Under the pieces are notes generated by a model that was given only the letters and a program-made list of their open reading frames with translations, searched no databases and had not been told where the DNA came from. The position numbers and the translations under genes were made by a program. A DNA stretch of 63,927 bases, counting the filler, from Octopus bimaculoides (taxonomy: Eukaryota): NCBI RefSeq assembly GCF_001194135.2. It is 7 parts of 7 records of this genome, joined end to end, with 100 filler letters (N's around TTAATTAATTAA, not from the genome) between each part and the next. Parts side by side here need not be neighbours in the genome. Positions count along the whole stretch, not along the records: positions 45,368 to 52,246 come from NW_026378326.1; positions 52,347 to 58,411 come from NC_068987.1; positions 58,512 to 62,776 come from NC_069008.1; positions 62,877 to 63,927 come from NW_026413360.1; 3 more parts are not named here. One strand, written 5' to 3'. This document shows positions 51,250 through 63,600 of the stretch, one piece after another; position 1 is the stretch's first letter, and every line of letters begins with the position of its first letter.

Positions 51250-51672
51250 AATACATATGTGGGAAATTCTGTCTGTGAGTGAGTTTGTGGAGTTGTTAGC
51301 TAACTCTTCCTACATCGTTTTATCGATTTTGATGAAACTTGACACGTGAGTAGAACTCATGTCTGGAAACCTCATGGCATACAAAGATAGTTGAAAAAAA
51401 TCGATAATATATATCAAATATATTTCATTTTAAACGCCAAGTGAAATAACCCATTCGCCCAGGTTTTAACAGCCAAGGGAAATAACCTATTTATTTTCCT
51501 AAATCATTTAGTATAAATCAAATTGAGTATGCTTATTTCTTAGTATTTGAACTGTTAGAGTTATTTTCGCAATTTATCCAGTACAACCCTTAAACAAGTA
51601 TATGGTATTTTTTCTAAACAATAAATCCACTTATTTCGGTTCGTGACTTATTCACGAATATACCAGTACTAG
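51250..51672 (+). mobile_element. Probable non-autonomous Helitron 3' part
   Basis: Hairpin TTCGTGA-cttat-TCACGAA (51640-51658), then CTAG at 51669-51672; 5' end lost in the gap; the following base is C rather than T. Confidence 0.45.
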
Positions 51673-52197
51673 CGTCTGTGAGGGTAATATTCTCTGGGAA
51701 CGCACAAAAGCCCTTTTCAGAGTTATTTACTTTGAATTGTTATCATCTCATATCTGATTAGCCTGTTGTTACGTAACATGCTTCACGATTTTAGTATACA
51801 TACCTTATTAGTATTTCCTCCTAAGTTCTATATACTCCGGGAACGTATTAAAGCTCTTTTCTTTATTTGAATTCTTACTATCAGGTAACTAATTTCATGT
51901 TATTACATAACTGACTTCACAATTTGGGTATTTATAACTTATTGGGAATTCCTAGAAACAAGATCCTGTGTAAGACAGTTTGGTATTCTCTGTAAATGTT
52001 TTAAGGGCTACATACTTTGTATTGTTGTTATTGGATTAGTGAAACAAATATAAGAACGGAACCAAGAGATGAGCCCCGCTTTCCCGGGATTTACCAGGTA
52101 CGTCAGCATCTCTATATACATACACACACACACATACATACATACATACATACATACATACGTACATACATACATATATACATACATATAAATTCAT

Positions 52198-52246
<49 letters not shown>

Positions 52247-52538
52247 NNNNNNNNNNNNNNNNNNNNNNNNNNNNNNNNNNNNNNNNNNNNTTAATTAATT
52301 AANNNNNNNNNNNNNNNNNNNNNNNNNNNNNNNNNNNNNNNNNNNNGCAAAAGAGACCGATAGAATAAGTACTAGGCTTACAAAGAATAAGTCCTGGGGT
52401 CGATTTGCTCGACTAAAGGCGGTGCTCCAGCAAGGCCGCAGTCAAATGACTGAAACAAATAAAAGAGTAACTGAAAAACAAAAAAAAAAAAACCCCAGAA
52501 AAAGTTCAAATTAATCTTTTGTTAGGCTTGCCTTTTAG

Positions 52539-52581
52539 ATAGTCCCGCGGGCCGCAAGACACTCTATGACTGGGCTAAAGT
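52539..52581 (+). CDS. Candidate exon C
   Basis: ggcttgccttttAG|at agt ccc...gct aaa gt|GTAAGT; (Y)SPAGRKTLYDWAK(V), phase 1 to 2; both splice sites strong. Confidence 0.55.
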
Positions 52582-52753
52582 GTAAGTATGGAGAGATGAT
52601 CAAGAGAGACGTTGATATCGTAGAAGTTTAACCCTGGGCCAAATCTTGTTGAATAGAGGAGGAACGATTACAGACATTCCAGCGATGGCCATTTCGTCTT
52701 TTCCTCCATGTTTAAGGTCCCAATGGTTTCCCGCGAGTAATATTTTCTTATAG

Positions 52754-52823
52754 ATGGCAGAAGTACGATTTGAGGGACAGTCGGCTGTTATTTCCAGTGG
52801 GTCAAGCGACCACGTGTGAGAAA
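52754..52823 (+). CDS. Candidate exon D (alternative donor GTGAGT after 52844)
   Basis: tattttcttatAG|a tgg cag aag...gag aaa|GTAGGG; WQKYDLRDSRLLFPVGQATTCEK, phase 2 to 0, in frame with exon C over a 172-nt intron. Confidence 0.55.
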
Positions 52824-53753
52824 GTAGGGTGGGGTGGAGTTGATGTGAGTGGTAGGGAGAGGAGAGACAAGCTGTCAATATGCATTCTGCGTATTACATT
52901 TTACTTTTTACTTCTTCCAGTCATTGGACTGCGGCCATGCTACAGCATCGCCTTGGAATGAATTATTCTTTTAGTCTTTTACTTGTTTCTGTCATTTGAC
53001 TGCGGTCATGCTGGAGCACCACCTTGATGGGTTTTAGTCGAAGAAATCGACCCCAGGACTTCTTTGTAAGCCTAGTAGTTATTCTATCGATCAATTTTGC
53101 CAAACCGCTATGTTACGGTGACATAAACATACCAGCATCGGTTTTCAAGCGATGGCGGGTGTACAAACACAGACACATAAATATATACGTACATAAATGT
53201 GTGTGTGTGTATATATATATATAGCAATGTTAAATCTCTGAACGACGTATTAACAGTAACTGCACGACAAGGTGAAGTATATNNNNNNNNNNNNNNNNNN
53301 NNNNNNNNNNNNNNNNNNNNNNNNNNNNNNNNNNNNNNNNNNNNNNNNNNNNNNNNNNNNNNNNNNNNNNNNNNNNNNNNNNNNNNNNNNNNNNNNNNNN
53401 NNNNNNNNNNNNNNNNNNNNNNNNNNNNNNNNNNNNNNNNNNNNNNNNNNNNNNNNNNNNNNNNNNNNNNNNNNNNNNNNNNNNNNNNNNNNNNNNNNNN
53501 NNNNNNNNNNNNNNNNNNNNNNNNNNNNNNNNNNNNNNNNNNNNNNNNNNNNNNNNNNNNNNNNNNNNNNNNNNNNNNNNNNNNNNNNNNNNNNNNNNNN
53601 NNNNNNNNNNNNNNNNNNNNNNNNNNNNNNNNNNNNNNNNNNNNNNNNNNNNNNNNNNNNNNNNNNNNNNNNNNNNNNNNNNNNNNNNNNNNNNNNNNNN
53701 NNNNNNNNNNNNNNNNNNNNNNNNNNNNNNNNNNNNNNNNNNNNNNNNNNNNN

Positions 53754-53811
<58 letters not shown>

Positions 53812-53964
53812 GAATGTAATAAGAGAGAGAAAGGGTGAAGAAAGGGAGAGAGAAAAGGAAGAGGTAAGAGACTAAGAAAGGAGTGAGGTGCTGAGAGTTA
53901 GAAAACGTGCGAGATAGAGAGGGAGGGAAAGAGAGTGATAGAGAAAACATACACAGAGTTAATG

Positions 53965-54060
<96 letters not shown>

Positions 54061-54242
54061 GACGATAATAAATAATAATAATAATAATAATAAAGGTAAT
54101 AATAATAATAATAATCATAATAAATAAATAGCATCGTTAAAAACGTAATCTGATGTCGCTTTAGTGGCGTTATTTATACTACAGATATGAATGATGTTTA
54201 TTATGCATATATATATTTATATACATGTATGCGTGTATGTGC

Positions 54243-54297
<55 letters not shown>

Positions 54298-54682
54298 CAC
54301 ATATTATTCTTATTTATTTATCTTGTATATTTCTATTGCTTACAGTCTGACTGATTGTTAAGCAGCGGAGAATAGAAGGAAGAATGTGTGATGGTGGGGG
54401 AGGTGGTGGTGGTGGTGATGGAGATCCTTGCAAAACACGCACGCACACACGCACACACGCACACACACTCTCTCACTCTCTGTTTCCTATTCACCCTCTC
54501 TCTTTCTCTCTTTTCATTCTCCCCTCTCTCTCTTTCTGACTGTCTTTCTCTTTCACTTGCTTATTCTATATCAAGACAAGCGAATTATTAAACTGTTTCT
54601 ATATTACAATCAAAATAAATACATTTTAAGAGAATATCCATTGTATTTAACCGTCATTAACAATACACACATAAGATCGCGT

Positions 54683-54745
<63 letters not shown>

Positions 54746-55392
54746 NNNNNNNNNNNNNNNNNNNNNNNNNNNNNNNNNNNNNNNNNNNNNNNNNNNNNNN
54801 NNNNNNNNNNNNNNNNNNNNNNNNNNNNNNNNNNNNNNNNNNNNNNNNNNNNNNNNNNNNNNNNNNNNNNNNNNNNNNNNNNNNNNNNNNNNNNNNNNNN
54901 NNNNNNNNNNNNNNNNNNNNNNNNNNNNNNNNNNNNNNNNNNNNNNNNNNNNNNNNNNNNNNNNNNNNNNNNNNNNNNNNNNNNNNNNNNNNNNNNNNNN
55001 NNNNNNNNNNNNNNNNNNNNNNNNNNNNNNNNNNNNNNNNNNNNNNNNNNNNNNNNNNNNNNNNNNNNNNNNNNNNNNNNNNNNNNNNNNNNNNNNNNTA
55101 GAGTTGTTTGCTTAGGAACTTTTTTTTTCGCTCTCTATAAATTTCGTGGGTAACACGCAGAAGCATTTTTTAGGGTAGTAGAAATGTTGGTATGAGTACT
55201 GGCACTGCAAACACATTGAGGGCCACTGTTTTATTGAAAGCAAAGAGTTCTGCGGTCCATATTTTCTTTATTCGGATGTAATATTCTTTAGTGACACGTG
55301 TTTTGTTACAATATATATATATATATTGATAGAAAAGGTAAGACAACAAAAGAAAAGAGACCTCAATATTATGTAAATAGAGGAATTTATCT

Positions 55393-55550
55393 GTAAATAA
55401 TATGTGACAATTATTCGGTAGCCATGTAAAACTCCGAGTTTCGGCTGTCGGAGCGGAAACCCACGCCGCCATCTCTTCAGTTATTTGGCCATCGAAAAAA
55501 CTGCTAGGAGTTTTATCATGGCTACCGAATAATTGTCACATATTATTTAC
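55393..55550. mobile_element. MITE-like inverted repeat
   Basis: Arms of about 43 bp (55393-55435, 55507-55550) differing by a 1-nt indel around a GC-rich spacer of about 70 bp. Confidence 0.75.
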
Positions 55551-57092
55551 ATATAATTAATCCAAAGAAACAAAGAAAAAACAACGCGAGGAGGTGGTAC
55601 TTACAAAGTATTAACAGACACTCAGGGAAGGAAAGGAAGATAGGTCTTATGTTTCGAGCAAAGCTCTTCTTCAGGAAAAGGAGACACAGGAAAGTTCAAG
55701 AGAAAAGAAAGACAGAGGAAAAAAATCGCCAACGATCCACATGTAGTTACATTTTGAAATATATATATATATGGTGTGTGATTTAAATTGCACTTAGATC
55801 TTCATGTGCACTCTTATTCGTCGAAAGAGAAAATTGTGTATTATACTGCAATTTTTTTTTCATTAGTCTTAATATTTAGCAAGGTCACAGCGAATATTGA
55901 AAAGCAAATTGGGAAAGTCAGTTCATATATCGTTTAATTAGGTTTTCTTACACGTGTTTTAGTGAAGATTATGGCAGGATTTTTGATGAAGTGAAGAAAT
56001 AGAAAGCTTACATAATCCAACCATAATAATCTTCACTGAAACACGTGATGACGTAAATATATAATTCATGAACCAACTTCCCAATTTTGCTTGTATGTAT
56101 GTATGTATGTATGTATGTATGTATGTATGTATGTATGTGTGTGTGTGTATGTAGTGTGTATCTGTGTGTGTGAGTCAGTGTAATTTCATACATCCATACT
56201 GGGGAGTCGCCCTGAAGAGTGTAGTCAGTCACTTCTGAGCACTCATTTTTCTTTAAATGTCTGGTATTCATTTTGTCGATATCTGTTTGTCGAACTGGCA
56301 AGTTCCAGGACTTAAGCAAGAGAAGCGTAAGCAGGGACACAGGTACCGATATATATCGAGTTCCATACAGTTTCCGCATATCAGTTTCACTCGTACTTGT
56401 GATGATAATAGAAACCATTTGCCCAGGGTTCTACGGCGTGGTACCTTGTGTAAATATCCCGAAACTATGTATATACATGTGTGTGTGTGTGTGTGTGTGC
56501 GTGTGCACGTGTATACACACGTGTGTGTGTACACATATGTGTGTATATCTGTGTGTGTGTGTGTGTGTATTTGTGTGTTTTCGTGATGTTTGGTGTGTGC
56601 GTGTAATCACGTTATACTGTTGAAATTAGTAGTTACCACCACCACCACCACCACCATCGCCAGTAACAACAACAATCACAACAACAATGAACGGCAGTAG
56701 GAGCCGCTGTGTAGTCCTTCGACCTGCTAGAAATAGCAGCCAAATCTCTCTAAAATTACAACTATTAGTCTCAGAAAAAAACAAAATATAATGAGATTAT
56801 TTCGGATAATATGGTCGTTGATAAACTATATCTTAATCAAAGACGTGATGGTCACTGATGGAACATAATTCTCCCATAAGCCTGCTGGAATTAAACTACA
56901 ATAACAGAAAAGTAACAAGAACATGTAGAACAGTGAACAATTCCAAGAAAGTGAAACAAAAGTAACGGGAATTATCATTATGTCATTATGAACTTGCCTC
57001 ATTCGGTTTCTACGTGCCTGACGAGACAGGTTCGTTTCGCGAGTATACGAAACTTTAAGTTGCATGAAGCCGAATCAAGCAGTTATTAAATA

Positions 57093-57123
<31 letters not shown>

Positions 57124-57734
57124 CACAAAATAAGCTACTACACAATTTCCATCAACTGCATCCACCCGTAAGACATTGGTCGGCTTCGCGATTATAACGG
57201 AAGAAAACAAAGCCCCCAACATGCCACGCAGAGGGACCGAAACTCGAAACCGCATCTTTGGGAAGCAAACTTCGGGACCACGCGCTCGAATGGCAAAAGA
57301 AGAAAAGAACGAAAGACAAAAATAAGAGTGCAGGACGGACTTTAGATGGATTACTTTAAAATGGTAGATCTCGACCTAGGGCTAAACAAAAACGACAACA
57401 CTACGACAAACAACATAAACAAGGTCAGCAAAAGTACAAGGTCATCAGAATAGGAATAATAATAATAAAAAACACATGGTTAACGTAGAAAACAAGATGA
57501 AGAGGAGGGGGTGGAGGGAGATGGAAGGAGAGGAAGGAGGAAAGTGGAAGGAGAAGAAGAAGAAGAGAAGGGGAACAGCTAAAGCATAAATTTATAAACT
57601 TCGGGTCAAGTAATACTGACCTTCCAGTGCGAACGTTGACCTACGTGCGTGTGTGTGTGTGTGTGTGTGTGTTCGTGAGCGCGTTTTATATGCAAATAAG
57701 TAGATAAATATGTGTATGAGTTCGTACATATGCA

Positions 57735-57772
<38 letters not shown>

Positions 57773-57839
57773 TATACAGACACACACACATATATATATA
57801 TACATATATATATGCGTATATTTATATATACATATATGC

Positions 57840-57880
<41 letters not shown>

Positions 57881-57882
57881 TG

Positions 57883-57920
<38 letters not shown>

Positions 57921-57940
57921 TGCATATATANNNNNNNNNN

Positions 57941-57988
<48 letters not shown>

Positions 57989-58289
57989 TATATATATATA
58001 CACATATATATAAGGTACACACATTCGTGTGCGCAAGTATATACATACATAGACACAACACTCACTCACATACACACACATACACACACACACGTACGTG
58101 CACACAGACACACGCACTCTCACACACACACACACACACTCACACACGTACACATGTACACATGTAGTATACATCAACAGATCCTTTCCATGCTCGTGCG
58201 TGCGCGTGTGTACATATGTGAGTGCTACCAGTCGTCTTGTAGATTATAAGTGTGAATCTGCGCATGCTTATGTGTGAGTGTTTGTGTGT

Positions 58290-58333
<44 letters not shown>

Positions 58334-58511
58334 GGAGAGGAGTATGGATTTGTATAAGAATGTGAATGTATACGTTTGTGTATGAATGTGTGCGTTTGTA
58401 CAGCAGTTGGANNNNNNNNNNNNNNNNNNNNNNNNNNNNNNNNNNNNNNNNNNNNTTAATTAATTAANNNNNNNNNNNNNNNNNNNNNNNNNNNNNNNNN
58501 NNNNNNNNNNN

Positions 58512-58545
<34 letters not shown>

Positions 58546-58559
58546 GTGTGTGTATGTGT

Positions 58560-59110
58560 GTGTGTGTGTGTGTGTACGGCGGCTTCCCCAACGGTCAGTC
58601 AGACTGCTGTATAGGAAACGTTAGAGTGTGACGGTATATTATTTATTCCGCTTAATTCAGTTATACATTACGAGGGCGAGTACGATCGGCCATCTAACTC
58701 CCCAGACTCCTCTCCCGCCAAACCGGAAGTCCCTTCTCTCTGCGGACTAATTCCCTACCTAGCCCGCAGTGGAGTTCTTATTTACAGTTCATCTGTTATT
58801 AGCCCATTGGCTGTGTCCTCCACTGCCATACCTCAACGGTACTCTACTAAATAACTACTATCATCACATCATCGTGTCACCATTAATATTCATTAATACC
58901 ACCGCCATTGGCCACTACTACGCTCGGACGTACTATGCCGCTCTATGCTTGCGCGATACCATCATGGTACATCGGCCAAACCACCGTTTCTGCTGCACTG
59001 CTCTACCACACCAGTCACCATCACCGCCGCCGCCGTCACTGCTATCGCCCTCGTCGTCGTCGTCGTCGCCGTGCTCTAGAAATATAAATAAAGCGGTATA
59101 AACACAAACC
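58560..59110. promoter_or_regulatory. CpG-rich promoter-like island
   Basis: CpG-dense unique sequence with ETS site CCGGAAGT (58723-58730), two inverted CCAAT boxes (58806, 58907) and a YY1-like CCGCCATT. Function inferred. Confidence 0.35.
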
Positions 59111-59214
59111 GGTACTTCAAAATAGGTCAGCTTAGTTAGCGTCACATGTTCCACTATGAGCTGACACTAAGTTGCTATCTGGTTATTTCAGCATACAACC
59201 AACAGTAGCTCTCG

Positions 59215-59258
<44 letters not shown>

Positions 59259-59648
59259 NNNNNNNNNNNNNNNNNNNNNNNNNNNNNNNNNNNNNNNNNN
59301 NNNNNNNNNNNNNNNNNNNNNNNNNNNNNNNNNNNNNNNNNNNNNNNNNNNNNNNNNNTGCTCCAGCATGGCCGCAGTCAAATGACTGAAACCAATAAAA
59401 GAATAAAAAGAATACACACACACGCACACACGCACATTTACACACACACACATATTTCGCTTAGGCATAGCCATACTAATAACCTATAACCTGATGTTAG
59501 AACTTGATATGCATAGGCTTTAGACAAAATCGTTAGTCGATTACAGAGCGTAATAAGAGATTCTATAAATGACAATGGAACAAAAGATTATGTAATGAAT
59601 TTCAATAGCTCACAGCTGTTTCTGTCATCAGATGCCATGCATTCATAG

Positions 59649-59700
59649 TTGATTACTTGTCGGAGCTTCGAAAACGAAGTGCAGTTTTATTTGGGAAATC
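59649..59700 (+). CDS. Tentative exon E
   Basis: attcatAG|ttg att act tgt...gga aat c|GTATAT; LITCRSFENEVQFYLGN, phase 0 start compatible with exon D; splice sites moderate. Confidence 0.25.
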
Positions 59701-59701
59701 G

Positions 59702-59733
<32 letters not shown>

Positions 59734-60628
59734 ATGTTAAATCTCTGAACGAAGTATAAACAGTAACTGCACGACAACGTGAAGTATATTTGGCACTTAA
59801 GTGTGGCTAAACCCTAAGAGTGAAGGTTACTGTTGCTTTTAGCCCCAGGAGAACATCTCCTNNNNNNNNNNNNNNNNNNNNNNNNNNNNNNNNNNNNNNN
59901 NNNNNNNNNNNNNNNNNNNNNNNNNNNNNNNNNNNNNNNNNNNNNNNNNNNNNNNNNNNNNNNNNNNNNNNNNNNNNNNNNNNNNNNNNNNNNNNNNNNN
60001 NNNNNNNNNNNNNNNNNNNNNNNNNNNNNNNNNNNNNNNNNNNNNNNNNNNNNNNNNNNNNNNNNNNNNNNNNNNNNNNNNNNNNNNNNNNNNNNNNNNN
60101 NNNNNNNNNNNNNNNNNNNNNNNNNNNNNNNNNNNNNNNNNNNNNNNNNNNNNNNNNNNNNNNNNNNNNNNNNNNNNNNNNNNNNNNNNNNNNNNNNNNN
60201 NNNNNNNNNNNNNNNNNNNNNNNNNNNNNNNNNNNNNNNNNNNNNNNNNNNNNNNNNNNNNNNNNNNNNNNNNNNNNNNNNNNNNNNNNNNNNNNNNNNN
60301 NNNNNNNNNNNNNNNNNNNNNNNNNNNNNNNNNNNNNNNNNNNNNNNNNNNNNNNNNNNNNNNNAAATCTTGAGGTCGATTTGTTCAACTCCAAAACCCT
60401 TCAGGGTGATGCTCCAGCATGGTCGCATTCAAGTGATTGAAACTAGCCAAAGAATAAAAAGAATTTGTGTGATTGTGTGTTTGTGTATGTGTGTGTGTGT
60501 TTCTGTCAGCATTTGATAACCCGTGTTGGTTTGTTTATGTTCCCGTAGCTTAGCAGATCAATTCACCAATAAGTGCAAATAAATATCAGGCTTAATATAT
60601 GTACCGGGATCAATCTGATAAGATAAAT

Positions 60629-60953
60629 CAGTGGTTCTCAACTGAGGTCCGTATAAGACTTTTGGGGATCCTTGTAACAAAATGATAAATTAGGGATCCA
60701 CAATAATATCTTAAGAGCCCTTGAAAAAATATTGCTTTAGATGTGTGTATTGCAAGGGACAGCTAGGTTTCCTTCTCCAACATTTGGCATAGTTCATCCT
60801 ATACAAGTTAATGTGTGAAAAAAACAAAATAGGAATTTAGAAAGAAGTTTCTATAAGACTAGTTTTTAAACATCGAATTGCTATGGAGGCCCACTAGAAT
60901 AGAATAGTAATTAAAGGGGTTCATAGATAAAAAGAAATGGTTGAGAACCCCGG
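60629..60953. mobile_element. hAT-type MITE
   Basis: TIRs CAGTGGTTCTCAAC / GTTGAGAACCCCGG; degenerate 8-bp TSD AGATAAAT / GGATAAAC. Confidence 0.7.
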
Positions 60954-61079
60954 GGATAAAACTTTCAAGGTTAGCCGTTCCTCATAAATAAGCCAAAGAA
61001 ATGCGTTGTATTTTTGTTGACGTGTTTTCTTGTTTTCTGGGATGACTCAAGATGAAAATATTTTCTGAACTAATAACAC

Positions 61080-62000
61080 TTTTCTACTACTTTGTAGTCA
61101 TTATCATCTTCGTAATATGATAGGTTTAATATTGCTCCCATCAATTTCCAAAGTGTTCGTTATTTCTGACAGGAACTTGAACTTTTTTGCAATCTGTTTA
61201 TATGAGTCAGAGCTTTTACGTAACTAGATTATTCAGCTGTCATAAACATGATATAGAAATCCTGTTCTAAATGTTTCAGTTTTCTTCGAACAAACACTTT
61301 CTTTATCTGTAACAGAGCTTTTGGGAGCATCAGAATAACTTGAGGAGTTATCTTAACAAAAATCTATTACTTCCGATTAATCGTGTGACGTCACTTCGCC
61401 TGAATTTTCTCAGAGATCTTTAACAGATAAAAGTAAAGATGATAGCGACAGACAACCTTGAAATATCTCAAAACAGAGGTTTGAAGTTTCTTGTTTTGTC
61501 GAAACGCTCCAGTGCCTCTTCCCAAAACTCTATTAAAATAGCATGTTATGGATGAATGGTTTTCTATCGAGAAATGTTTAAAATCTCTAGCAGAGTTTTN
61601 NNNNNNNNNNNNNNNNNNNNNNNNNNNNNNNNNNNNNNNNNNNNNNNNNNNNNNNNNNNNNNNNNNNNNNNNNNNNNNNNNNNNNNNNNNNNNNNNNNNN
61701 NNNNNNNNNNNNNNNNNNNNNNNNNNNNNNNNNNNNNNNNNNNNNNNNNNNNNNNNNNNNNNNNNNNNNNNNNNNNNNNNNNNNNNNNNNNNNNNNNNNN
61801 NNNNNNNNNNNNNNNNNNNNNTTTGTCGAAACGCTCCAGTGCCTCTTCCCAAAACTCTATTAAAATAGCATGTCATGGATGAATGGTTTTCTATCGAGAA
61901 ATGTTTAAAATCTCTAGCAGAGTTTTTCTTTGTAATGGTAGCAAACTACAAGTACTAGATATTTAATATGTCAGATCAGGTGTCGAGTCAGTAACAACAG
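61080..62000 (-). mobile_element. Highly decayed hAT transposase remnant
   Basis: AILIEFWEEALERFDKT and FRTGFLYHVYDS...YKQIAKKFKFL resemble hAT catalytic-region motifs; many stops. Confidence 0.5.
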
Positions 62001-62899
62001 AGTAACATTTGGTGTCTTCGTTGTTAAATTGATTCACATTCTATCTATTCAATCAATCTACAGTTTTGAATAGGTAAGTAATGTTTATATTTTCAAGTAA
62101 AAGTCAAACACTTAAATCAATGCTAGAAGTAAACCAAACGCACCAATTATTATTGATGTGTATGTACCTGTATAGGTACGAATATATGTATGTTTGTGTG
62201 TGTATGTATGCATGTATGTATGTATGTACTCATGTATGTGTAATGTATCTATGCATTTATCTACGTATGTATGCATTTATGTATGTACTTATGTACGTAT
62301 GTATGTATGTATGTGTGTATGTATGTATGTGTGTGTGTATGTATGCATGTATGCATGTATGTATGTATGCATGTATGCATGTATGTATGTATATATGTAT
62401 GTTTGCGCAAAACCAAAATGGGTCGAGGAAAAGAGTGCACAGTGTTTTTTCGAAATTTGAAAGAGATATATATATACGACAGGCTTCTTTCAGTTTCCGA
62501 CAAGTCACAGGCTTTGGTCGGCCCGAGGCTATAGTAGAAGACACTTGCCCAAGGTGGCGCGCGGTATCTGTATAATATATATTTTACATAAATTTGTTCT
62601 TATACATATATTGGCGCACGTACAATAATTATAATTTAACTTTTATCAAATTTCTTCATGCTTCTACAAAATGATAAAATTCAAATTGATTTTCAAGAAA
62701 ACAGTATTTAACAGCAGACTCAGGGGACGTTGTTTCAGTCTCTTTGCGCGGCTCCCTTGACAAGTGTCTTTTACTANNNNNNNNNNNNNNNNNNNNNNNN
62801 NNNNNNNNNNNNNNNNNNNNTTAATTAATTAANNNNNNNNNNNNNNNNNNNNNNNNNNNNNNNNNNNNNNNNNNNNGTGTGTGTGTGTGTGTGTGTGTG

Positions 62900-63057
62900 T
62901 GCAGACATGGCTTTGTGTTAAGAAATTTGCTTCCCAACCGCATGTTTCCGAGTTCAGTTCCACTCCATTGGTCAAGTATCGTCTACTGTCGTCCTGGGTC
63001 AATCAAAGCTTTGTGAGTGGATTTGGTAGACGAAAACTGAAAGCCCATCGTATACCT

Positions 63058-63095
<38 letters not shown>

Positions 63096-63260
63096 ATCTA
63101 TATGTGTGTGCGTGTCTTTGTGTCTGTGTCTTTCCTCCCCGCCACCGCTCAGCAACTGGGGCCGGTGTACCAATTTTTAAGAACAAGTGCTGGAGTCGAT
63201 TTGTTCGACTAACCCCTTCAAGACGGTGCCCCAGCATGGCCAGATTCCAGTTACTGAGAC
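62900..63260 (+). mobile_element. Dominant SINE, degenerate full-length copy
   Basis: Head, internal (TG)n and tail recognisable. Confidence 0.8.
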
Positions 63261-63363
63261 CGGTAAACATATACATGTGTGTGCGTGTGTGTGTGTTATA
63301 TATACCACTCTATCTATTGTGACCGTACCAATCAATCTGTCTGTTTATTATGTAAAAGGAAAA

Positions 63364-63600
63364 TAAGGCGACGAGCTGGCAGAATCGTTAGCACGCCGGG
63401 CGAAATGCTTAGCGGTATTTCGTCTGCCGCTACGTTCTGAGTTCAAATTCCGCCGAGGTCGACTTTGCCTTTCATCCTTTCGAGGTCGATAAATTAGGTA
63501 CCAGTTACGCACTGGGGTCGATGTAATCGACTTAATCCGTTCGTCTGTTCTTGTTTGTTCCCTCTATGTTTAGCCCCTTGTGGGCAATAACGAAATAGGT
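63364..63600 (+). mobile_element. tRNA-derived SINE with Meta-like domain (further partial copies 63600-63720, 63860-63927, 46480-46640, 27990-28140)
   Basis: Near reverse complement of 45640-45872; box A GAGCTGGCAGAATCG, box B GAGTTCAAATTCC. Confidence 0.85.

Noticed and set aside
52032-52097. Exon-like ETNIRTEPRDEPRFPGIYQ with GTACGT donor
   Set aside because: Phases incompatible with exons B-C-D; inclusion leads to a stop in exon D.
52600-52878. Minus ORF with ILLAGNHWDL resembling a small-GTPase G4 motif
   Set aside because: NKxD not conserved, no other G motifs, and the + strand splice signals explain the island better.
5515-61882. Numerous long ORFs containing X runs or YI/CV/HT/L/I/N homopolymer-like tracts
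   Set aside because: Produced by N gaps and di- or trinucleotide microsatellites.
61494-61925. About 105-bp direct repeat flanking a gap
   Set aside because: Near-identical sequence on both sides of the N run; typical unmerged contig or haplotype overlap.
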